Positions 1 to 4,601 of a DNA stretch of 5,501 nt are shown in pieces (position 1 is the stretch's first letter; each line of letters begins with the position of its first letter). The stretch is from the IMG/VR virus record IMGVR_UViG_2778261064_000016; one strand, given 5' to 3'. The notes beneath the pieces were generated by a model that did no database searches, had not been told where the DNA came from, and was given only the letters and a program-made list of their open reading frames with translations. Source of the DNA: a virus. Its lineage: Duplodnaviria; Heunggongvirae; Uroviricota; Caudoviricetes. Position numbers and translations under genes: made by a program.

Positions 1-429
1 CATGTCTTCCTGCAACAATTCCTGTGCGCTAATAACCATATCAACGGTGATGTTTTCACATGTGTCGAACTTAACCAGGACCGCGTTCTGTACTTCAGGG
101 GACAGCTTGTCAAAATTGACGTTCATCGGATCGGATTCTGGTTCGACCGGGACAAAGGAAGCGCCTTCCTCATCCCAGCGGTTTTCCAGCATATATTCGG
201 TATCCCAGGAGTCGATGGCTGGGCGGGGCATGCCGGGTTTATCCTCGCAGACAAGAAATTTATAAGCGCAGTCCTGAGCAGCCGGATATTGCTCCAGGAA
301 TTGCCAGGTAAATTTGGCTCGGGCGCGACGTTCGTCGCCGGCTTCAATGGCAGTGGCTACAGCGACTGCACCTTCTTCCTTTATTGCCTGTTCGTCCGGA
401 ATGGCGGCGCAAATAAAGACTTTACTCAT
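1..429 (-). CDS. hypothetical early-left-operon protein, 5' part only (gene continues beyond the left edge)
   Basis: Minus-strand ATG at 429..427 preceded by SD GAGGT (443..439, 9-nt spacer). Hand translation stays open for 143 codons to position 1, so the 3' end is outside the window. N-terminus MSKVFICAAIPDEQAIKEEG... No family recognised by eye. Confidence 0.55.
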   Translation of the reverse strand, partial: MSKVFICAAIPDEQAIKEEGAVAVATAIEAGDERRARAKFTWQFLEQYPAAQDCAYKFLVCEDKPGMPRPAIDSWDTEYMLENRWDEEGASFVPVEPESDPMNVNFDKLSPEVQNAVLVKFDTCENITVDMVISAQELLQEDM

Positions 430-509
430 TTTGTTTTAACCTCATTACAGATTTAAGGGTGAACAAATCCCTGCCATTGCTGGCATATAAAAATGAAACC
501 GGATATTAA

Positions 510-713
510 TTACGGTGCTGTTTTAAGTCCTGCCGGGATTTCGTTATTGTCCATGCGAATAACTTTATCAACCGGATAACAGTTGCCGGGAATTTTCTGT
601 TCCGCTGCGGCAGCCATGCATTCTTTCATTGAGTCATGTATACCAATAACAAGATCGACTGGCTCGCCTGTATTAAGAAAAACTGTCAGAACGAGTGCAA
701 ATACTGTATTCAT
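510..713 (-). CDS. small hypothetical protein, 67 aa, hydrophobic N-terminal segment (possible membrane or secreted peptide)
   Basis: ATG at 713..711 with SD AAAGGA 8 nt upstream; stop TAA at 512..510. N-terminus MNTVFALVLTVFLNTG is hydrophobic. This is the internal start of the 85-aa ORF 510..767 in the track; the start at 767 has no well-spaced SD. Confidence 0.45.
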   Translation of the reverse strand: MNTVFALVLTVFLNTGEPVDLVIGIHDSMKECMAAAAEQKIPGNCYPVDKVIRMDNNEIPAGLKTAP

Positions 714-715
714 TG

Positions 716-898
716 TCAGCGTCCTTTTTGCATCAGGCGTAAACGGGCCAGCATTGAAACAATGCATATTTGATTTAATAGCTCCCGTTCGTGTTTTCTC
801 TTATTAATGGCATCTTCAGTAAATACAGGGTTACTGATTCTGACACCAATTTCAAAACAACCTTCAGACGTATTAACGTTTGGTAATAACGTTTCCAT
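716..898 (-). CDS. small hypothetical protein, 60 aa, basic C-terminus
   Basis: ATG at 898..896 with SD GAGGA 7 nt upstream; stop at 718..716, only 2 bp before the next gene start at 713 (operon-like packing). Internal start of track ORF 716..994; the upstream extension has no RBS. Confidence 0.45.
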   Translation of the reverse strand: METLLPNVNTSEGCFEIGVRISNPVFTEDAINKRKHERELLNQICIVSMLARLRLMQKGR

Positions 899-953
899 TA
901 TCGCGTCCTCAACAATGAATTTTGTGATACGGTGCCTGGTGCCTCCAGGTGAC

Positions 954-974
954 GTTAACCAGTTAACAATTAAC
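954..974. repeat. three tandem (G)TTAAC motifs at 8-bp spacing in the leader of the leftward small-gene operon
   Basis: GTTAACCA GTTAACAA TTAACG read directly at 954-974, 56-78 bp upstream of the ATG at 898. GTTAAC is self-complementary. Function unknown. Confidence 0.4.
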
Positions 975-1087
975 GCCGGATACAGAGAACCCACCCATAA
1001 GAACCAATACGGAAGTCAACTGGCCTTTTTAACTGTTCCGCGTGCGCTGAGCCGCATTCACCGCATCACAAAATTCACTTTAAAAAG

Positions 1088-1127
1088 GGCGGGTATCACA
1101 AGGGAAAACAAAAAACGGATACCCGCC
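1088..1127 (-). terminator. strong hairpin (10-bp perfect stem, 20-nt loop) followed on the minus strand by CTTTTTAAAG; candidate tL-type terminator or structured RNA element
   Basis: GGCGGGTATC (1088-1097) pairs perfectly with GATACCCGCC (1118-1127). The minus-strand transcript would read stem-loop-stem then CUUUUUAAAGUG. The plus-strand side is followed by AAAAGG, so it is not a plus-strand terminator. Confidence 0.3.
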
Positions 1128-1401
1128 AAAAGGTAATCAACATGGGTTGTTGCAGCGGGTTTGTCACTTAAGCGTATGGTCAACCTGACAACCCGGTGCC
1201 ACTAATGGGGTAAGGATAACCCCGCCATACTTACCGCCGCGCCATTTCGCGGATTGCCACAACCGGAAGCGCACGGTCGACGAAAATTTAACGACAGGCT
1301 ATCTATAAACCAGCTACCTCGCCGTACGCTTTCGCGTTGTGTGCCTGCTTTTAACCACGTCAGGCGAGGTGGTTCCTGTTATTCCCCAACAACAAGAAAT
1401 T

Positions 1402-1409
1402 TGTATAAT
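1402..1409 (+). promoter_or_regulatory. putative extended -10 promoter (TGTATAAT) for the plus-strand cassette
   Basis: Perfect TATAAT at 1404-1409 immediately preceded by TG; no convincing -35. Lies 35-60 bp upstream of the candidate starts of the cassette gene. Confidence 0.35.
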
Positions 1410-1467
1410 CCGGATATCCCCAACAACGAGAAGAGTACTCAACGTGATAGCAGAACTGTCAGCGGCT

Positions 1468-1956
1468 ATGGCTGCGATAAAGGAGACAGCTGGTCTCGCT
1501 AAGGTTATTAATGACGCAAAAACGGATGCAGAAGTTAAAGCCGCAACTATTGAACTTCAGAACAAACTAATCACGCTTCAGGCGGAGTGCTTCTCTCTTG
1601 GCGATGCGATCCGTCTTCGTAACGAAGAGATAATGCTTCTCAAAGCAAAAATTGCAGAATTCGAAAACTTTCAGATTCAGACTGAAGGTTATGTTCTTAA
1701 CCAACTCGAATCGGGTGCTTTTGTATACTCGCAGGAGGAAACGGTGAATGGAGGCACTGTTACTATGCATCTTTGTCCAAAATGTTTTGGACAAAAGACA
1801 GTATCTATACTCCAGCCATTCCCGGTTAGCGAAGATGCGCCTTTTCATGAAAGTAAGTGTCTCCACTGTGAAAACAAGTTTCTGATGAACAAAAATCCGG
1901 ATTACATACCGCTGTCTTTTGATGAGATAGCGAGAACACTGGGCAGTAATCCGTAG
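1468..1956 (+). CDS. hypothetical protein, 162 aa: N-terminal coiled-coil-like helix plus C-terminal Cys4 (CxxC-24 aa-CxxC) zinc-ribbon-like domain; first gene of inverted cassette
   Basis: ATG at 1468, in frame within track ORF 1339..1956, stop at 1954-1956. No good SD before this ATG. An alternative GTG start at 1444 has a weak SD (GAGAAGAG, 8-nt spacer). Heptad-like stretch IELQNKLITLQAECFSLGDAIRLRNEEIMLLKAKIAEFENFQ, then CPKC...CLHC. No transmembrane segment. Family not recognised. Confidence 0.55.
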   Translation: MAAIKETAGLAKVINDAKTDAEVKAATIELQNKLITLQAECFSLGDAIRLRNEEIMLLKAKIAEFENFQIQTEGYVLNQLESGAFVYSQEETVNGGTVTMHLCPKCFGQKTVSILQPFPVSEDAPFHESKCLHCENKFLMNKNPDYIPLSFDEIARTLGSNP

Positions 1957-2023
1957 GTTATTGCTGTTGTGGATATCCAGATTGTTAAAGAACATGCCGG
2001 ATTCTTATCCGTGTCCGGTGCAC

Positions 2024-2047
2024 GACCACACGCTGTCACGTGTGGTC
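2024..2047 (+). other. perfect 9-bp-stem hairpin / palindrome between the two cassette genes
   Basis: GACCACACG (2024-2032) pairs with CGTGTGGTC (2039-2047), loop CTGTCA. Not followed by a T-run, so an attenuator, RNA processing site or protein-binding palindrome is more likely than a terminator. Contains a TGTCACG motif resembling the iteron core. Confidence 0.3.
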
Positions 2048-2082
2048 TCCATTCTCAACCAGTAACCTCAATGGAGGATAAA

Positions 2083-2268
2083 ATGTCAGACAAGTTAATT
2101 AACCCATTTACCTATCCATCTGTTGCAGCTTTGAACTTAACAGTTGAGTTAATTCGGGCTGGCAAAATGTCATCCCCTTCAGAGGCGGCCAATTCAGTTA
2201 TTACAATTCGCAATATATTGAAAGAAGAAAAACAAGCCGCTATGGAGAAGACTGATAAAGAGCAATAA
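2083..2268 (+). CDS. small hypothetical protein, 61 aa; second gene of inverted cassette
   Basis: ATG at 2083 preceded by strong SD GGAGGA (2073-2078); stop TAA at 2266-2268. Sequence MSDKLINPFTYPSVAALNLTVELIRAGKM... with a K/E-rich tail. The upstream extension to 1969 in the track has no RBS and spans the hairpin. Confidence 0.5.
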   Translation: MSDKLINPFTYPSVAALNLTVELIRAGKMSSPSEAANSVITIRNILKEEKQAAMEKTDKEQ

Positions 2269-2398
2269 AGGCTTCTCTGATTTCTTGAGCCAGTTTTTTA
2301 GCTGGCTCTACCTTTTCTGTCCCCCCGTCCAAAATGAGAGATTTCAGTGTTTCTGCGGCGATTTTCTGAGTGTCTGGAGGTAAATCTTTAAATTCCAT
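2240..2398 (-). CDS. small hypothetical protein, 52 aa
   Basis: ATG at 2398..2396 with SD GAGG 6 nt upstream; stop TAG at 2242..2240. MEFKDLPPDTQKIAAETLKSLILDGGTEKVEPAKKLAQEIREAFIALYQSSP. Below the ORF-track size cutoff; found by hand translation. Overlaps the 3' end of the convergent plus-strand gene by 29 bp. Position and size are reminiscent of the small Rac ydaF/ydaG genes, but the sequence is not recognised. Confidence 0.4.
   Translation of the reverse strand: MEFKDLPPDTQKIAAETLKSLILDGGTEKVEPAKKLAQEIREAFIALYQSSP
2287..2320 (+). terminator. candidate intrinsic terminator of the plus-strand cassette
   Basis: GAGCCAG (2287-2293) pairs with CTGGCTC (2302-2308), loop TTTTTTAG, followed by TACCTTTTCTGT. 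Starts 19 bp after the cassette stop codon. The T-run is not immediately adjacent to the stem, hence low confidence. Confidence 0.3.
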
Positions 2399-2409
2399 CG
2401 TCAACCTCA

Positions 2410-2562
2410 TCAGTCAGTGTTTCTGGCTAACCAGCGACGGGCACCATTTTCGGTTTTAAACGTTTTGCTTTTGGTATACGTCATCGCGGTAAACGTGCCG
2501 TCCTGGTTGGGGAATACTCCGCACACCAGAGATTCATTATTGCCAAGATTGAGCATATCCAT
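2410..2562 (-). CDS. small hypothetical protein, 50 aa
   Basis: ATG at 2562..2560 with SD GAGG 5 nt upstream; stop TGA at 2412..2410, 11 bp before the next gene start. MDMLNLGNNESLVCGVFPNQDGTFTAMTYTKSKTFKTENGARRWLARNTD. Found by hand translation. Confidence 0.4.
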   Translation of the reverse strand: MDMLNLGNNESLVCGVFPNQDGTFTAMTYTKSKTFKTENGARRWLARNTD

Positions 2563-2740
2563 GTTGACCTCATTTACCCTTAACGCCGGGTAGCGGAACT
2601 AAAAACCTGCTGCGCTGTTATACAAAGTGTTCCCGCCGTCATGTTCATACGCCTCGGGCTGGCTACTTAACCCCTGACCACTGCCTGGTAACTCGAAGTA
2701 TTGCCCGGCATTCTGTGGGGCGGGGTGGGTTGGTGAGTGC

Positions 2741-2770
2741 ATCATAAAACACACAAAACGTGTTAGTCAA
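2741..2770 (-). promoter_or_regulatory. PL-like sigma70 promoter for the leftward early operon
   Basis: On the minus strand: -35 TTGACT (2770..2765), 18-bp spacer, -10 TATGAT (2746..2741). Sits just downstream of the toxin-operon terminator and is overlapped by two operator-like palindromes. Confidence 0.4.
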
Positions 2771-2785
2771 CACAAGAAAAGTGTA
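2748..2785. promoter_or_regulatory. two adjacent 17-bp operator-like palindromes (OL-like): AACAC-N7-GTGTT and AACAC-N7-GTGTA
   Basis: 2748-2764 AACACacaaaacGTGTT is a perfect 5-7-5 palindrome. 2769-2785 AACACaagaaaaGTGTA has one outer mismatch. Centres are 21 bp apart; the A-rich spacers and half-sites match the palindromes at 3754-3770 and 3802-3818. Confidence 0.4.
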
Positions 2786-2799
2786 TGCAGGGATAAAAA

Positions 2800-2827
2800 A
2801 ACTCCCATTCAAGAGGTGATGGGAGTT
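2800..2827 (-). terminator. intrinsic terminator of the repressor-antitoxin-toxin operon
   Basis: Stem AACTCCCAT (2827..2819) / ATGGGAGTT (2808..2800) with a 10-nt loop, followed on the minus strand by TTTTTTAT (2799..2792). Begins 10 bp after the toxin stop codon. Confidence 0.45.
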
Positions 2828-2836
2828 GGTTGATTA

Positions 2837-3124
2837 TTAATCGTTACCAGGATATTGCTGACGAGCATGTATCACGCTAACAATTTCAATGCTTGAAGTA
2901 GCTACCCTGTATAGGATTATGTAGTTAGGGTGAGTCACGATTTCTCTCAATCCAGAAACCCGTTCGCTTGGCGGATATAGATACGGATGCTCAGATAGGG
3001 GTAGCACCGATGTTTCAATGCGTATTTTTAGTCTGCGCGCTGCCGGAGGGTTTTTCTTAGCAATGTAAGTTATAATCTGACTTAAATCATCGCGAGCAGA
3101 CGGTAACCATAAAACGGGCAGCAT
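2837..3124 (-). CDS. parE: ParE/RelE-superfamily toxin (type II TA toxin), 95 aa
   Basis: ATG at 3124..3122 overlaps the antitoxin stop (TAATG), with SD GGGAG 6 nt upstream inside the antitoxin gene. Sequence MLPVLWLPSARDDLSQIITYIAKKNPPAARRL...GLREIVTHPNYIILYRV...IEIVSVIHARQQYP shows the ParE/RelE hallmark pattern. The track ORF 2837..3247 is a 5' over-extension. Symbol is family-level; this may be parE2 of the O157 paaR2-paaA2-parE2 system. Confidence 0.85.
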   Translation of the reverse strand: MLPVLWLPSARDDLSQIITYIAKKNPPAARRLKIRIETSVLPLSEHPYLYPPSERVSGLREIVTHPNYIILYRVATSSIEIVSVIHARQQYPGND

Positions 3125-3315
3125 TACACGCTCCCGTTTTCCATGGCAATTTGATTGATGATTTTTTCCATTTTTGCCATTACTTCGTCGTGCGGTATTG
3201 CTGGTCGTGGATCTGCAAGGCTTGCTGCAACCTTGGCGCGCAACCATTCGTTGTAACTGTTTTCTTGCTCGATAGTTTCAAATTCTGAAACTATCGGCGA
3301 AAGAACTGTGCTCAT
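3124..3315 (-). CDS. cognate antitoxin, 63 aa (PaaA2/ParD-like by position)
   Basis: ATG at 3315..3313 with SD AGAGG 6 nt upstream; stop TAA at 3126..3124 overlapping the toxin ATG (translational coupling). Small acidic protein MSTVLSPIVSEFETIEQENSYNEWLRAKVAASLADPRPAIPHDEVMAKMEKIINQIAMENGSV. The 63-aa length matches what I recall for PaaA2, but the sequence is not verified. Confidence 0.75.
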   Translation of the reverse strand: MSTVLSPIVSEFETIEQENSYNEWLRAKVAASLADPRPAIPHDEVMAKMEKIINQIAMENGSV

Positions 3316-3343
3316 AGTATGCCTCTCTGTCGTATGGTTGTAA

Positions 3344-3742
3344 TTATGCTCGACGTCCTTTTTGGGCGGCAAGCCATCTTGCAACTGTGCGATCCATTGA
3401 TTCTTTTTTGTCTTTCATGTCTTTAAGCATTTGTTCTTGCTCCTCTTCTGGGAACGCCCCAAATGTTTGAAGCAAATCTCTCTGGCGCGGTCCTATTTTC
3501 ATTGTGTCAGGTACTACAACCTGTTCATCCTCGCTCGGAGGAAGCATGAACCAAAAAATAGGCCGAGCAGTTATTTGTGAAAGTCGATCTAAATTGTCAG
3601 GATTTGGACTAACTAAGCCAGCAGCCCATCGCTGCACTGTTTGTTGCGACACACCAACTAATTTCCCAAGCTCCGCCTGACTCCAGCCTGTTTCAGACAA
3701 GAGTTTCTTTATTCTGTATGCAGTAATCTCGAGTGTTTTCAT
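3344..3742 (-). CDS. cI-like prophage repressor, HTH (XRE-type), 132 aa, RacR/PaaR2-like; no peptidase S24 domain
   Basis: ATG at 3742..3740, stop at 3346..3344. HTH motif in GWSQAELGKLVGVSQQTVQRWAAG. No SD, but a -10-like TAGAAT lies 7 nt upstream of the ATG, suggesting a leaderless mRNA. Divergent from the cro-like gene; 28 bp upstream of the antitoxin gene on the same strand. Too short for a LexA-type autocleavage domain. Confidence 0.85.
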   Translation of the reverse strand: MKTLEITAYRIKKLLSETGWSQAELGKLVGVSQQTVQRWAAGLVSPNPDNLDRLSQITARPIFWFMLPPSEDEQVVVPDTMKIGPRQRDLLQTFGAFPEEEQEQMLKDMKDKKESMDRTVARWLAAQKGRRA

Positions 3743-3753
3743 AGTAACAATTC

Positions 3754-3770
3754 TACTCAAAAAACGAGTA
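3754..3770. promoter_or_regulatory. 17-bp operator-like palindrome TACTC-N7-GAGTA in the divergent repressor/cro intergenic region
   Basis: TACTCaaaaaacGAGTA is a perfect 5-7-5 inverted repeat with an A-rich spacer. It abuts the -10-like element of the repressor promoter (attcta at 3750-3755 on plus = TAGAAT on minus). Confidence 0.4.
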
Positions 3771-3801
3771 ATGCGCGACACACTAAAAATGGGTTTACAT
3801 A

Positions 3802-3818
3802 TACACATTTTTTGTGTA
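3802..3818. promoter_or_regulatory. 17-bp operator-like palindrome TACAC-N7-GTGTA overlapping the putative rightward (PR-like) promoter
   Basis: TACACattttttGTGTA is a perfect 5-7-5 inverted repeat. It sits between a -35-like TTTACA (3794-3799) and a -10-like TAACCT (3817-3822), upstream of the ydaS-like gene SD GGAGG (3836-3840). Confidence 0.4.
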
Positions 3819-3848
3819 ACCTCCAGCCGCATGATGGAGGTACAAATA

Positions 3849-4121
3849 ATGAATGATCATGTTAAGAAAAGGGTCGCGGGAAAATTTTCACAACGAGAAC
3901 TGGCTATGTTAATGAGCACGAAACAACAAAGCGTATCTCGTTGGTTCAACTCTAAGTTCCCTGCATCAAGGGTGCTTCACTTGTGTCAATTGATGCAGTG
4001 GGAGGTTACTCCACACGAACTCCGACCAGACATTTACCCTAACCCAACCGACGGTTTACCCGTTGGGTGTAAGGCTAACACATCAAAGGCACCGGAGTTG
4101 ATTCATGAAAATCAAGCATGA
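3849..4121 (+). CDS. ydaS: Cro-like HTH DNA-binding protein (YdaS-like), 90 aa
   Basis: ATG at 3849 with strong SD GGAGG (3836-3840, 8-nt spacer); stop TGA at 4119-4121. HTH in FSQRELAMLMSTKQQSVSRWF. Divergent from the repressor. The track ORF start at 3771 is an unsupported extension. Symbol assigned by synteny with Rac racR-ydaS-ydaT. Confidence 0.8.
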   Translation: MNDHVKKRVAGKFSQRELAMLMSTKQQSVSRWFNSKFPASRVLHLCQLMQWEVTPHELRPDIYPNPTDGLPVGCKANTSKAPELIHENQA

Positions 4122-4530
4122 GCACATCCGCATGGCGATGAATGCCTGGGCGCGTCCGGACGGTGAAAAAGTTCCGGCAGCTGAAATAACCCGGGCTTAT
4201 TTTGAGCTGGGTATGACGTTCCCGGAGCTATATGACGACAGGCATCCGGAAGCGCTGGCTCGTAATACCCAGAAAATTTTCCGCTGGCTGGATAAAGACA
4301 CCCCTGATGCGGTTAAAAAAATTCAGGCGTTGTTACCAGCTATCGAAAAAGCAATGCCGCCTCTGCTGGTGGCCAGAATGCGCAGCCACAGTTCAGCTTA
4401 TTTTCGGGAGCTGGTGGAGATGCGGGAGCGACTGGTGAGAGACGCTGATGATTTTGTCGCAGTGGCAATCGCCGGTTTCAATCAGATGAACCGTGGTGGC
4501 CCGGCAGGAAATGCTGTGGCAGTACATTGA
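4105..4530 (+). CDS. ydaT: YdaT-like protein (CII-like regulator/toxic protein of Rac-type prophages), 141 aa
   Basis: ATG at 4105 with SD GGAG (4094-4097, 7-nt spacer); overlaps the upstream stop by 17 bp (coupled). N-terminus MKIKHEHI matches my recollection of E. coli YdaT. Stop TGA at 4528-4530. Confidence 0.8.
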   Translation: MKIKHEHIRMAMNAWARPDGEKVPAAEITRAYFELGMTFPELYDDRHPEALARNTQKIFRWLDKDTPDAVKKIQALLPAIEKAMPPLLVARMRSHSSAYFRELVEMRERLVRDADDFVAVAIAGFNQMNRGGPAGNAVAVH

Positions 4531-4601
4531 CTGACAATAGCCATATCGAATCGCTTCCGGCAATTCGTGAGTAAAAAGATTCGGTATCAGAAGAGGTGAG
4601 A

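Noticed and set aside
2-347. Track ORFs 2..265 (+) and 123..347 (-)
   Set aside because: Both lie inside the longer minus-strand CDS 1..429, which has a proper SD and an open frame across the whole interval. No RBS support, and alternative frames of a real gene.
583-1136. Track ORFs 583..807 (+, TTG start) and 807..1136 (+)
   Set aside because: Antisense to the SD-supported small minus-strand genes or lying in their leader. No ribosome-binding sites, and the second spans the hairpin and the TTAAC repeats.
1140-1340. Possible tRNA or other canonical RNA gene in the GC-rich non-coding stretch
   Set aside because: No T-loop (GGTTCGANTCC-like) motif or cloverleaf arrangement could be found by eye. 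Only isolated hairpins, so no RNA gene is called.
1254-1502. Track ORF 1254..1502 (+) and the 1339..1467 upstream extension of the cassette gene
   Set aside because: They start upstream of the predicted promoter -10 (1404-1409), use non-ATG starts without an SD, and the composition looks non-coding.
1567-1995. Track ORF 1567..1995 (-), 142 aa
   Set aside because: Fully antisense to the cassette gene 1468..1956; low-complexity N/F/K-rich translation with no RBS.
1969-2082. N-terminal extension of the 61-aa gene (track ORF 1969..2268)
   Set aside because: The strong SD GGAGGA is positioned for the ATG at 2083. The extension has no SD and contains the 9-bp hairpin.
2599-2745. Minus-strand 48-aa ORF (MMHSPTHPAPQ...)
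   Set aside because: No SD, Gly/Pro/Ser-rich low-complexity translation, and its start lies upstream of the transcription start predicted for the PL-like promoter.
3125-3247. 5' extension of the toxin ORF (track 2837..3247, 136 aa)
   Set aside because: The extension overlaps the antitoxin gene in another frame. The ATG at 3124 has an SD and the classic stop/start overlap, and gives a typical 95-aa ParE length.
3316-3384. 5' extension of the antitoxin ORF (track 3124..3384)
   Set aside because: The SD AGAGG is positioned for the ATG at 3315. The extension would overlap the repressor gene 3' end.
3743-3848. Upstream extensions of the repressor (track 3344..3832) and cro-like (track 3771..4121) ORFs
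   Set aside because: The two extensions overlap each other inside the divergent promoter/operator region. The HTH proteins begin at the internal Met codons (3742 and 3849).
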